Shown one piece after another: positions 51,489 through 64,000 of a DNA stretch of 64,000 bases (positions are counted from its first letter, which is position 1; each line of letters starts with the position of its first letter). Position numbers and translations under genes: made by a program. Below the pieces are notes generated by a model. That model saw only the letters and a list, made by a program, of their open reading frames with translations, was not told the origin of the DNA and made no database searches. The DNA is taken from contig NC_042999.1 in assembly GCF_006345805.1 (NCBI RefSeq), positions 107,260,001 through 107,324,000 of the forward strand, read 5' to 3'. Source of the stretch: Octopus sinensis. Taxonomy: Eukaryota.

Positions 51489-52949
51489 CTCTCAGTTTAG
51501 CTATGACCATTCCAGAAATATTTGATAATGCAGTCTTAGTTTTCAGATTGCCAGAGGGTGGTTGATTAATTGATTTCATGGTTGCCCACAGTTTCAATGT
51601 ATCAGATACAGTTCAGTCCTTTATCAATGAACATTGCCTGATGATGGCTAGTAAGCTGTAATTTTGAGTCACTGTCAACTTTTGCCTTCTATAACTAGAA
51701 TATATATATATATATATATATATAACAGAGCAAATAATTCAGCAGAAAATATTTGCAAAGATACTATTAACTCTATTATTATCTCGGATAAAATAATTGA
51801 ATTGATAATAACAGAATTAATAATATAGGCGATTACAGGCCTGAAAAGACATTAAATAACTGAAGGATTAAAATTTATATTAATCAAAGGACATACTGAG
51901 TGTGTCTACCTGCTGGAAATAGCAGTCAAAACTCTCTTATTTAAACCACCAAAATAAAAAAGAACACTGACAATAACTACAGAAATCAACCATCTGTGAG
52001 CATGTGGGTTAAAAAAATCATTCAACATACCAATATATAATCCAGCCATATATTTTCTAGTATTTGGACTCACGTGGACTGGTTTCTGGACTGGCATTAT
52101 AGCCTCACCTTCTTCAGCATATGTTACCATGATGAAAAAATCCCCCAACATATCACATTGAAGTCTGCACTGCAACTGATTTGTTTTGCACCAAATCATA
52201 GTATTTTCAATGTGAAAAAATAATTCTAATACGAAACAAAGAAATCAGCAGAAAATATTATAATCTAGGATAAAATAATTGAATTGATAATATAGGTGAT
52301 TGCAGGCCCAAAAATGCATTAAATAGCTGAAGGATTGAAATTTATATTAATTAAAGGGCATACTGAGTATGTCTACCTTTATCATTTACATCATCAGGAA
52401 TTCAAGGAACCAGTGATTGATAACTTGTAACCATCAATACTGTTGCTCACTGAATATAATAACAGATCTCTATTCATTCAGTGATGGGTATTCAGCAGTG
52501 TGATCAACTAAGTTATCTACTTGTTGAATAAGTATATCACTGGCTGAGTATTCCACAGTCACATGTAGATAAACATAATTTTCAGACAAGATTAACAAAG
52601 ACAGTGTGTGTGACAAGGCTTGAACATGTCAATTCATTGTCATCATTTAATATCCATTTTCCACCCCGGCATGAGTAGGATAGTTTGGAAGGAAGAACCA
52701 GTGTCTCATAAAGAGTACCTAGCACACTCTGTAAAGAGATTGGCTTGAAGAAGTGCATCCATCCTAGAAAACCAAGCCAAATCAGACAATAAAACCTGGT
52801 CCAGCTCTCCTGCATGACATCATGGAAGAAAATAATTAAATAATAATACTGATGATGATGATGATAATGATGATGATGATGACGACGATGACGGTGGCGA
52901 CGTTGGTGGTGGTGGTAGTGGTGGTGGCAGCAGTGGTGGTGGTGATCAG

Positions 52950-53350
52950 AAGACTTCACCAAGCTCTGCAGTATGTTTTTGGTGTGGTTTCTATGGCTAA
53001 GTAACTTGCAAGATAAGACCCATCGACTGAGGGGAGTAGTATTGAGGAACAGAGAAGGTGCCTTGCAATAGAAGAAAGACATGGCTACCCCAGATAGAGA
53101 AAGGGAAGAGGAAAGATGGTGAAGATGTAACAAGGAGTGGTAGGGGTAGTACACTGAAATTACAGGTTGGTGTGTATATAATGAAACAGACTGGGAATTA
53201 GAGAGGGTGAGTGGGTGGATGAGTTCACAATATTTCAAAACGGAGTGGGAGCTAGAGATAGAAAGGAAGGGATTTAACTGGGGCATATTGTGTGCAAGTA
53301 GATAGGTGGATACATGAGGGAGAATAGCGAGGAGGGAGGAAACAGGTGTT
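52950..53350 (-). mobile_element. Pyrimidine-rich body plus start of the RTE-X-type tail
   Basis: AAGTAACTTGCAAGA and GACATGGCTACC motifs shared with 9480-9630 and 39990-40150. Confidence 0.55.
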
Positions 53351-53519
53351 GAAGGTACAGTTTAATCTACCTAATTCTCTCACAAAGAATGGTCTAACTC
53401 AGGGCTATAGAAAATGACACCTGTCAAAGATGCCATGCAGTGGGATTGAACCTAGGACCACATGGTTTCAAAATGAACTTTCTAATCATTTGGCTATACT
53501 GTACCTGCATCAAATATCC

Positions 53520-53735
53520 TTTCTACTATAGGCATAAGGCTTGAAATTTGGGTGGGGAAGGGTTAAGTCGAGTACATCGACCCCAATATTCAACTGGTAC
53601 TTGATTTATCGACCCTGAAAGGATGAAAGGCAAAGTCGACCTTGGTGGAACTTGAGCTCAGAACATAGCAATGGGAGAAATACCGCTAAGCATTTCGCCC
53701 AGCGTACTAATGATTCTGCCATCTCGCCACCTTGC
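53520..53735 (-). mobile_element. SINE family B
   Basis: Family B head and core on the minus strand. Confidence 0.8.
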
Positions 53736-54689
53736 CTGCACCAAATATGACATCATATAATATAAATAAATAGCAAAACTAAATATAATAGATAATTTCG
53801 CTATTTAAGCATAAAGTTGCCATGCTGTCTTTTACTGAAAACATTCACTTAATGGAAATACCAACAACTTATTAACTTCTAAACGACTAGGAAATAAAAT
53901 AATCAGCAATTTATCTACTTTAATGGGATTCATAAAATGAGATTATATCATTGCTATGTATATTTATAAAAGTATGTGCATGTATGTATGTATGTTTGTA
54001 AGTAGGTATGTAGTTAGGCAGTTAGGTAGATAGAGTGGTTGGTAGGTATATATGTACGTGATTTTATATATGTATATGTATGTACGTGTGTCGGTATCAT
54101 GTATGTGTGCTGTCTTAGTCATCTATTATAATTCCATCCACATCTAGGATGTTTTATAGGAACATTAAATCGCTTGCAGATCTTCATTCATACTTATTTT
54201 ATCGACCCTTGAAGGAATAAAAGACAAAATTGACCTCGGCAAAATTTAAACGCAGAATATCATAAAGAGGAGTAACTAAACATACCACAGGCTGAAATGA
54301 TCCTGTCAATCGACAGCCTTATGTATCTACGTACGTATGAAAATTTGTATTAGTGTGTGTGTGTGTTTATTTAAGTAGGTGGGTTGGTAAATATGCATGC
54401 ATTTGTGTTTATATGTGTATGTAATAACATGAAAAGGGACAACATTGAAAGCTGTACAACATCAAAGAGGCTATATTTATGATTGAATACATATTATGAT
54501 TGGACCATTAACCTCATCGTGTGTTTCTCTCTTGAATGCTTTTTCATCAGTATTCCCTGATCAGCATCCAGTCACACATTTCTACGAAAATATATGCATT
54601 ATCTCCAGGATAAGCTTGAACTCATAAGACTTTGTTTGTAATGTGTAACACTGTTTCGCAGTGGACATGTGTTGAATACAAAATTTCTC

Positions 54690-54846
54690 TTATAATAATA
54701 ATAATAATAATAATAATACTCATGGTGGTGGTGGCAGTGCTGGTGGTAGTGGTGGTGGTGGTGGTGGTGGTGGTGGTGGTGGCAGAGATAATGATGATGA
54801 AGACAATGATGACGATGATGATGATGATGATGATCATCATCATCAT
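54690..54846. repeat. (TAA)n/(GGT)n/(GAT)n/(CAT)n compound microsatellite
   Basis: Directly visible; source of the poly-H/poly-V ORFs. Confidence 0.95.
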
Positions 54847-55236
54847 GCATCTCAAAAATTCATGTAGTTATGTTATGACACATTGTTTAGGAATATTCAG
54901 CCTGGAACTTTAGTGCTAATTGCATATCACCATCACTTCCAAATCCAGGTTGTCAAAATCATCATAGTCATCATCATTGCCATTGTTGTTACTGCCATTA
55001 TCATCATCACATTCATCTGGCACTGGCTCATTTATACACACACACACACATGCATACACACATATATACATCCGTTTGCTCCAGATCCTACACCATCACA
55101 GTGAAGTACCTCAGAGCCTTTATGTGTTTACTCAGCCTAGCAAAAATATTTCTTTCAAAGCCAAATCCCTCTTCAAGTCATACACCACATTCCTTCATTT
55201 TTCTTTTCTTTTTTCCTTTTACTAAAAAATTAAATA

Positions 55237-55630
55237 ATGGGTGGCTGTGTGGTAAGTAGCTTGCTTACCAGCCACATGGTTCCGGGTTCAGTCCCACTGT
55301 GTGGCATCTTCGGCAAGTGTCTTCTACTATAGCCTTGAGCTGACCAAAGCCTTGTGAGTGGATCAGGTAGACAGAAACTGAAATAAGCCTGTCATATATA
55401 TATATATATATATATATTTGTGTGTGTTTCTGTGTGTGTGTCTTTCCCCCCAACATCGCTTGACAACTGATGCTGGCACGTTTACATCCTTGTAACTTAG
55501 CGGTTCGGCAAAAGAGACCAATAGAATAAGTACTAGGCTAACAAAGAATAAGTTGTGGGGTTGATTTGCTCGACTAAAGGCAGTGCTCCAGCATAGCCAC
55601 AGTCAAATGACTAAAACAAGTAAAAAGAGT
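55237..55630 (+). mobile_element. SINE family A, full length
   Basis: Complete head to tail. Confidence 0.9.
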
Positions 55631-55797
55631 AATATATTTAATAATGTAGTCTGGAAAAGCATTAGATGGCTGTGGCAGAACACATTTGATTATTAGTCAG
55701 ATACAGGACCAAATAATAATAACAACAACATAGCATATTATTTTTGCCATGTGCTGCCCATGCTACCTCAGTTATAATTTCTGCTTACAGTCTAAAC

Positions 55798-56209
55798 CAG
55801 CATTTCTCAACCAGGGTTCCCCAAAACCTTAGGATTCTGCAAAAAGTTTCTAGGGGTTCTGCAAGAAAGAGTGAGGTAAGCTAATGCTAATTTCATGATC
55901 GTAATATTACTATACATGCACAACATATTATTGATTATTGTAATATTGTAATATAGTCATCTTCCTATCTAATCTGTTATGTTATCAAAAAATACAACAA
56001 CCATAGGGGATATATTTAGTGATGTCTGTAATTTTTCTTAATTTTACAAAATTACCTAATAACCCAATGTGGTGGTTTTTGAAGAGGAAACATTAATTAA
56101 ATTCAGATGAGGCTAGTGATGAAGAGCCACAAGTTCCTGTGCAGGGGTTCCTTGAGATGTGTATTTTACTTTAAGGGTTACACAAGGGTAAAAAAGTTGA
56201 GAAACACTG
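55798..56209. mobile_element. hAT (Charlie-like) MITE
   Basis: TIRs CAGCATTTCTCAAC / GTTGAGAAACACTG; 8-bp flanks GTCTAAAC / ATCTACAC. Confidence 0.75.
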
Positions 56210-56814
56210 ATCTACACAGATCTTATAACTGCACTTTTTTGTCATAATTATATTCAATTACAGTCAATACTTTTTTTCAAGGTTGCCAGCAACATTTTCA
56301 ATATAGGTTTGTAAGTTTTATTCAGTTAAAATGAGAAAAATATTTGTTTGAATTAGTATTAATACTATTATGTGGCTCATATCCCCCACACTAGCCTGTC
56401 CTATAGTTTGATATCCATGTTGTCCCATACTGGATATAGAACTGAGCCAGAACTTTAGTTACATGTCACACATCACAGCACATATACATTCTATTTGTAC
56501 ATATATATACATACATATGTATTCCCCCCCTCCTCATCTAACCCCCCTCCTCTCCTATCCTTTCCCCCCGACCCCTACTTCTTCAGTCCTTCATCCTTTC
56601 ACCCCTACTCCCCTTCCCTTCTTCCCTCTTCTCCTTCCCTCTGCTCCCTCACTCCCCTTCTCTCTCCCCCTCTTTCCTCCTTCCCCCCTCCTATCTCTCC
56701 CCCATCCTCTCCTCCCCCTCTTCTTCCCTCCCCTTCTCCTCCCTCTTCTCCCCCTCCCCCTCTTCTCCTCACTACACCACACGACTTTACACATCACATC
56801 ATATATGATGTGCC

Positions 56815-57185
56815 ATACTAATACATACACCAACTAATACATACTAATACGTACTAATACATACTAATACATACACCAACCCTATACATACACACGTCCA
56901 GACCCCTCATACGCACTTATACTCTCTCATACACACACACTTATACATACTAATACGTACTAATATACACTAATACATACTAATACATACACCAACCCCA
57001 TACATACGCACGTCCAGACCAATCCTACGCACTAATACTCTCTCATACACACACACACACACACACCCTTATACATACTAATACATACACCAACCCTATA
57101 CATACACACGTCCAGACCCCTCCTACCCACTATTAGCTGGACCTTCAACCCTATTATCAACCCTATTATCAACCCTATTATCTCC
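56815..57185. repeat. Nested tandem repeats in the pLTR region: (ATACTAATAC)n, a ~115-bp unit x3 and (CAACCCTATTAT) x3
   Basis: CCTATACATACACACGTCCAGACC-type block recurs at ~56880, ~56997 and ~57095; 12-mer repeated at 57147-57182. Confidence 0.85.
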
Positions 57186-57316
57186 CCTTATTTCGCTCTC
57201 GCGTCTCATGTTTGATCTTTGACCTCTGGCCGAAATCAGATCGCCATGTTGATTCGTTAGCTACTGCACGCATTTTTTTTCTCTCCTTCTTTCTGTGTTT
57301 TTTTTCTCTCTGTGTA

Positions 57317-57354
57317 TCTTTCTGTTGAAGAGCGTAGGCTCGAAACGTTAAAGA
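57317..57354 (+). ncRNA. Minimal hammerhead motif with a variant core (CUGUUGA)
   Basis: UCUUU-CUGUUGA-A-GAGC(GUAG)GCUC-GAAAC-GUU|AAAGA: perfect stems I and II, palindromic ACGU stem III, A6 replaced by U. Confidence 0.6.
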
Positions 57355-58053
57355 CTTGTTTTATTTATATTTCCTGAGCGCCATACTAATACAATTGTTC
57401 GTTTGTTTTCCACCTGCCTTCGTCTTTTGTCTATTTTCATAAAGCTTCCCGTTATATATTATGCGCTCACGTGGTCTCACTTTCATCCTATATTCTACCA
57501 ATACCACTATCAACACTTACCTCTACCTTGGATTTTCTTTACCTCTTGGATACTTACCATTGGCTGCACCTCTCTTTCGCGGATCAAAGTGACTTTGCAT
57601 TGATGTGAAATCCTTAAAAAATATACCACGACGTCTACACATTTCTCACCTTGAACTTTCAACCTTGAACTTGTTCGCATAAACTGTCCCGTTTGTTGTA
57701 TTTTTATTTTCTCTTATATTACCACTTTTTTTACATTCATTTCATGCTTTCCACATTTTCCTGCATTTTTGTTCTCCTTTCCGTCTTTCTTCCCTCTCTG
57801 GATGTCCATACTCCGTTTCCTCTGCCTGCACCCCCCTTTTTTGCCTCCCCCTCACTCTGCTTCCCTTCTTTCTTTCCCTTTTCCGTTTGCCCCGTCTTTT
57901 CTGCCCCTATCGCTTACTTATCTAGTTTTTTCATACGATTATTATTTTTTTGTTTTTTTGAACGTTTGTTTTTTCCCCTTTTTTTCTATTTTTTTCATAC
58001 GATAATTTTTTTTTTTTTTTTTTTTTCGAACGTTTTTTTTCTGCTATCCCATC

Positions 58054-60520
58054 ATGCCGGATCCTAGGTCCTACCTCCTCACCCTCCATCACCGTTTGAA
58101 GGATCATCTCCGTTCTCTTCCTGTATATTGCCTTCAGCCGTCCGTTAATCTCTCTCTACTTCTTTTTTAAAAAAACACGCTTCTCTAGCCATGTCTCTTT
58201 CCTAAGCCGCTGCCTACATCACCGACTCATCCCTAAAGGTTTCCGCCTCCACTTCCACCCTGCTCTCCACTCGGATTCTTCCATCTTACCCATACTCCGC
58301 ACCACATCTTACCACCTTATGCGGGCCACCATTCGCTCCAATCTCTCCAAACTACATGCCATCAACCGCCTTCTTCCTCCTGCTTTCTCCACCTTCTTCT
58401 CCTCTCTGCCGCCTCTCTATGCTCCAAACACGCTACGCTTCATTATCCATTTGAATCAACTCTTCCATCAATTTCTTTCTGATACCAAACTTCGTAAACT
58501 CCAATCACTCTTCCATTCCACCCTACCCGACGCCACTACCCCAACTCCTCCACCACCCTTCTCCCCTCCCGATAGGCTCCATCCACCCACACCTAACCCC
58601 ACTGTCCCTCCCTACAACCCCTTCTCCCCTCCCGATAGGCTCCATCCACCTACACCTAACCCTACTGCCCCGCCCAACCACCCCGACACACCTCCCCAAT
58701 CTCTCCCCCTCAGACCTCCACGAGACCTACCACCCCTCCTACTTCTATTCCACCCACCCCTTCTCCACTTCCGTCTGTTGTTACCATTCCCCCGATCTTC
58801 CCCTCTCTGCGGCTGAACGCTCCGTCCTTGGTAGGGGTCTGCGTTTCATCCCCCTCACTCCATCCTGTAAGGAATTCCAGACGCGAGTTGATGTCCACAG
58901 CTTTGTGCGCCGTGTCCGGTTGGGTGCGCATTACCACGACTCGCCACCCACACCCAACGAAGAGGACTGCTTCACTGGCCTGGGCCGCCGACCATCCCCG
59001 TGGACGCCTGCCCCTGGCCAGATCCTAGCAGTGGATCTTTTCGCGGGCGCTTGTCAGCGTGCATTGGAGCGGTTCAACTTCTCCAGGCGCCAACGCCGCC
59101 TCAACATCTCCCCGGCTGAGCTCTTGCTCTTCGTTCCCTCCAACGGCGCGCTGACATTATCATCAAACCGGCTGACAAGGGTGGAGCTGTAGTGGTGTGA
59201 CGCGCGGACCTCTATAGGGCCGAGGCTTTCCGCCAACTCAATGACACCTCCTTCTATTCCCCTCTGCCCTCTAACCCCACACATAGCTACCAACAGACGG
59301 TATCCTCTACTGTCCACGACCTCATCTCGTCCTCCCGTCTCCCCCGCACCGCATCCAACCTAATTGTGCGAACCCCACGTACCCCCACCATTTACTTCCT
59401 CCCCAAAATCCACAAACCCAACAACCCTGGCCGCCCCATCGTCTCTGCCTGTAACTGCCCCACGGAGCTCATCTCTAAATACCTCGACCGTGTCCTTGCC
59501 CCCCTAGTGGCATCTCTTCCCTCCTACATCCACGATACCAACCATGCTCTCCGGCTTTTCAACTCTTTCTCCTTTCCTCCCGGTTCCTCCAAAATCCTTT
59601 TTACTATGGACATCCAAAGCCTCTATACTGTTATCCCTCACCACGAAGGACTGCAGGCCCTTCGACACTTTCTTGACCTCCGCTCTAACCCTGTACCTGA
59701 CACCTCCACACTCATTCGTCTGGCCGAACTTGTCCTTACTCTGAACTGCCTCTCGTTCGCGGGCGAGTTCTAACATCAGGTCTCGGGAGTGGCCATGGGA
59801 ACGCGAATGGGCCCCAACTATGCGAACCTGTTCGTTGGCTATGTTGAGGTCCAAATATTCTCTAATTTCACTGGTCCCACTCCTGAACTATATGGTCGTT
59901 ACATCGACGACATTATCGGTGCCACCTCACTCTCCCGCGAACATCTAGATTCCTTCCTCTCTTTCGTCCAATCTTTCCATCCAGCCCTCCACTTCACTTC
60001 CACTATCTCCAACACCTCTGTCTCCTTCCTCGACATTTCGGTTAGCATTCTTCACTCCACTCTTACCACCTCCATTCACTACAAACACACAGACTCACAC
60101 TCATACCTCAACTTCTCTTCCTCCCACCCAGAACACACCAAGCTTTCCATCCCCTATTCCCAATTCCTCGTCTACGTAGGCTCTGTAGTGACGACCATGA
60201 CTTGAGACTCAGTCTCAACGTATGGCTCACCACTTCACCTACGTGGATACCCCCTCACCACTATCCACACCGCCCTTGCCAGAGCACGGTCCGTGGACCG
60301 TGTATCTGCTCTCTCTCCCCGAACCCGCCCTGTAGTCTCCCGCCTCCCTTTTCCCCTAACTTACCACCCCACGACCCTACGTCTCCAACGCACCATTCTT
60401 CGAGCTTTCCGTCATCTCCAGTCCGACCCGTCCACTTCACACCTCTTCCCTAACCGACCCCTCCCCTCTTTCAAACGAGCCCACAACCTTCGAGCCATCA
60501 CTAGCAAGTATGATCTTGTA
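58054..60520 (+). pseudogene. PLE reverse transcriptase ORF with a few frameshifts and an in-frame stop at 59771
   Basis: ORF pieces 58319-58816, 59366-59773, 59789-60205 and 60293-60538 join into one PLE protein; TAA replaces the expected Tyr codon in EF(Y)HQVSG. Confidence 0.85.
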
Positions 60521-60694
60521 GCATTTATCAAGCTTTGACTAATTGCTTCAGATACTTGAGTAGGGGTGAAACAATACAGTCTTTTATTCTTTTTACCTTT
60601 AACATTCCAGCAGAACATCAAAAATGTGACACCTGGAGGGTGATACCCCTTTACAGCTAAGTAAACAGAATATCATGAACTGAAATGCCTTATT

Positions 60695-61010
60695 CATCAT
60701 CATCATCTTTTAACATCCACTCTCCATGGCATGGGTTAGATAGTTTGACTGGAGCTGATAAGCCAGAGGGTTGAATCAGGTTCCAGTCTGATTTGGCATG
60801 GTTTCTACAGCTGGATGCCCTTCCTAATGCCAACCACTCCAGGAGTATAATGGATGCTTTTACATGCCACCAACACAGGTGGCATTTACATGACATCATA
60901 CAAGCAACAGCCATGACTATGATTTATGGGTACCATTTACATGGTACTAGCAATGAACACAACTACAATGCACAGGTACCATTTATATGGCGCCAGCAGC
61001 GACCATGACA
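60695..61010 (-). mobile_element. RTE-X-type 3' UTR fragment
   Basis: (CAT)n and GGATGCCCTTCCTAATGCCAACCAC. Confidence 0.8.
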
Positions 61011-61639
61011 ATAAAAAGCATATCCTGGTTCATAAATCGAACCTAGGACTTTATGTTCATAAATTTGATATCCTAACTACTTAACAACATGCTTTCACAC
61101 ATGCATATATTTCTTGTTTTTTTCAAAATCTAAATTCTTATTTGATGCATTACTACTTTTTTTACATTTTAATTTCAGGCAATTAGTTTTGCTCAAGATA
61201 TCTCATCCATTTTGTCAACATATTGATACAAACATTAGCTAATAATATATGCAGGAGATATGACAATATCTTTGAATTAGATCAAGTCATTTTCAATCAA
61301 ATGATAAAATCATTTATACAGTAGTTCAACGCCTAAGATACAAGAAACTGGAATCAAAGGCCAGCAGAGCAAAACCTATGACCTAGTATTCTTGATCAGA
61401 ACACTTAACTCTATTTCTTCCCCTGCAGCAAGCCTAGAACCAGCTAAACAACACTTTATCTCCTCTAAATTTAGAGAAACAGAGGTGAGATTGTTTTCCT
61501 TAGGCTATTCAATAAATCTCTAAGAATTTGTTAGAGCTTATATATTGAGGATCTCAGAATTGCATGGAAAATTTCTTTATATTATATGTTTCCTTAAAAA
61601 TGTAGTCTTTGCTATTTTCATAGCACTATTAGGAATTTA

Positions 61640-61950
61640 TAGTGGTGCACATGACCTAGTGGTTAGCGCAGTTGACTCACGGTCAAGGGATCGTGGGCTT
61701 GAAGCTCAGACCAGGTGGTGTGTGTGTGTCTATAAGCAAAACACTTAAGCTCCACACGGCTTCGGCAGAAGGTAATGACAAACTTCTGCTGACTCTTTCG
61801 CCACAACTTTCTCTCACTCTTTCTTACTGCATCTAGCAATTCACCTGCAACACACTGGCATCCTGTCTAGATGGAGAACCTATACACATATGAAACCAGG
61901 AAACCGGCACTTATGAGCCAGGCATGGCTCGAGAAGGAAAAAACAATTAG
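61640..61950 (+). mobile_element. SINE family C
   Basis: tRNA-like head; body similar to 3248-3540. Confidence 0.75.
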
Positions 61951-62232
61951 GAATTTGTAGTGAGGATAGTTAATATAGACACAGACCTGAATGAGTGGTT
62001 AAGAAGTTCACTTCACTATCACATGGTTCAATTCTACTGTGCATCATCTTGGGCAAGTATTCTTAACTAGAGTCTGGCTGATGTCTCAAGAGTGAAATAT
62101 AGTAAACAGAAACTGTGTACAAATTCATTAGACACACATACCACACTTACACATGTGCACATATATCCAATGTTCTGTTGATCGTATCAGCTGGGACCCT
62201 CATTGTCATACCAGATGGATTGCTCTATATAT

Positions 62233-62334
<102 letters not shown>

Positions 62335-62587
62335 ATTGTGAAGCATGACTGTCACCACTACTACATGAACCTGAAGATTGCAGAATTTAATGCATGAAAG
62401 TACTAGTTCAATCAGAATGAACATTTAACATTCTACTATTTTATTTTATTTTATTCTATTATATTATATTATCTTATAATATATCATTATAAGATTGTAA
62501 ATAAAACGTGAAAATCAGACAAGGTTGGAATTCCTTTTATTAATATATTCTTCTATACACAATCACACATACCCGTATTTATATATG

Positions 62588-62630
<43 letters not shown>

Positions 62631-62664
62631 ATATATACATGTATGTATGTATGTTTGTATGTAT

Positions 62665-63015
62665 GAACCCAGGAAGACATGGGACAAGGTGGTGAAGTAT
62701 GATCTCCAAATGTTGGGCCTCACAGAGGTAATGACAAGCGAATGAGACCTTTGGTGATATGCTGTGCTGCATAGACCTGTGAAGCCAAATGAGACCATAG
62801 TTGTGACCGATGTCGGTGTCAGGTTAATGGCACTCATGCTGGTGGTATGTAAAAAACACCCATTACACTCTAAGAGAGGTTAGTGGTAGAAACCTTGCCA
62901 AATCAGATCAGAACCTGGTGCAGCTCCTCGGCTTAATAGTTTTCTGTCAAACCGTCCAACCCATGCTATCATGGAAAATGGACGTTAAATGATGATGATA
63001 ATGAATGATGATGAT
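62665..63015 (+). mobile_element. RTE-X 3' end: ORF C-terminus joined to the shared 3' UTR and (GAT)n
   Basis: PRKTWDKVVKYDLQMLGLTEVMTS..DLW.YAVL, then CAAACCGTCCAACCCATGC..GGACGTTAAATGATGATG. This identifies the source of the abundant tail. Confidence 0.85.
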
Positions 63016-63477
63016 ATATATATATATATATAAGAAAAGAACATAGGTATAACTTGGTACTCCTTTATTCCAGTTGTTACATATGTTTCAGTATTTGGCA
63101 ACTCATGATGTCACACTACAGATGCAACCAGTGGGAGCAGCATATAAGGAAAAACATGGGACAAACACATAGCCAGATAATCAATAAAAATTTGTTTAGA
63201 GTCAATTTGTTTGACTAAACTCTTCAAGGCATTGCCCCGGCATGGTCGCAAGTGTAATGACTGAAATGAATAAAAGGCGAAAGATAAAAGATACTAAATA
63301 TTCAAAACAAACAACAGCTAGTGAGAAAACTGCAAATGGCTCCGTGGTATAAGAGTGTTACTGCATTATACGAAGATCTAGACATTGACTGTGGAAGAGG
63401 CACAAATGTTAGAGAGAAATTAGTCAGGTGCGGAATATTGAATTTTTTTAATGTCAACTTGCATAAACGGCGAAGCA

Positions 63478-63680
63478 GTGAGCTGGCAGAATTGTTACCA
63501 TGCCATGCAAAATGGTCAGTGGTATTCTGTCCCTCTTTACATTCTGAGTTTAAATTTTTCCATGGTTGAATTCGTTTTTCATCCTTTCAGGGTTGATAAA
63601 ATAAGGACCAGTTGAGTACTGGGGTTGATGTAATCAACTTACACTCTCCCAAAATTGCTGGTCCTATTCCAGAATTTGAA
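63478..63680 (+). mobile_element. SINE family B-like, diverged
   Basis: GAGCTGGCAGAA head, TCATCCTTTCAGGGTTGATAAAATAAG core. Confidence 0.7.
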
Positions 63681-63810
63681 ATCATCATTATTATCATTAT
63701 TATTATTATCATCATCATCATCATCATCATCATCATTATTATTATTATTATTATTATTAATATTATTATTATTATTATTATTATCATTATTATTATTAAT
63801 AATATTATAG
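63681..63810. repeat. (CAT)n/(TAT)n microsatellite
   Basis: Directly visible. Confidence 0.95.
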
Positions 63811-64000
63811 GCGACGCACAGTATACAATATCATGAGGTCATTGATTGAAGATATTGTGTTTACCAGAGTTTTGTACTGTTTGTCAAGTCACAAGGACCT
63901 CAGACACATGGTACTTTATGCAATATGCATACAGTTCCAAGTAATGACGACTTTTACAATACACCTAGATTGTAGGGTACTTTTTAAAGTTTTCAGATGT

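Larger units (their letters stand above)
56460..60520 (+). mobile_element. Penelope-like element: upstream pLTR plus a nearly intact ORF, ending before GIY-YIG
   Basis: C-rich repeats and hammerhead-bearing pLTR (to ~57455); ORF motifs HVSFLSRC..IPKGF, YFLPKIHK..GRPIVS, TMDIQSLYT, GVAMGTRMGPNYAN, YGRYIDD, FLDI and HP..IPYSQFL. Confidence 0.9.

Noticed and set aside
57147-57182. (CAACCCTATTAT) x3 and scattered CCTAACCC as telomeric repeats of a telomere-associated PLE
   Set aside because: Not tandem (CCCTAA)n; explained by the element's C-rich composition, and the window shows no chromosome-end features.
56463-58067. Pro/Phe/Leu-rich ORFs upstream of the PLE ORF
   Set aside because: Translation of C/T-rich low-complexity pLTR and leader sequence.

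Overview
AT-rich, repeat-saturated animal genomic DNA, intergenic or deep-intronic. The repeat repertoire points to a cephalopod, most likely an octopus (inference, not a database result). No host gene can be called with confidence: almost all ORFs in the track are microsatellite read-through or retroelement debris, and two weak candidate exons are listed only as findings. Supported content: (i) at least three tRNA-derived SINE families, given working names A, B and C; (ii) decayed non-LTR retrotransposons (RTE, RTE-X, R4/Dong-like, L1/Tx1-like, L2/CR1-like); (iii) two large Penelope-like elements (PLEs) and several PLE terminal-repeat (pLTR) fragments; (iv) Tc1/mariner, piggyBac-like, hAT-like and Helitron-like non-autonomous DNA elements; (v) many microsatellites. 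The most interesting signal is at the RNA level. Minimal hammerhead-ribozyme (HHR) motifs occur in three distinct sequence contexts: a tRNA-headed SINE-like element (635-942), a ~470-bp fold-back palindrome (5751-6219) and a PLE pLTR family (57317-57354, decayed copy 35103-35135). Also notable are a ~305-bp tandem unit carrying tRNA-like genes (20.4-21.4 kb) and shared 3' tails that suggest SINE-LINE partnerships. Repeat boundaries were read by eye and are approximate to within tens of bases; structures were paired by eye and not computed.
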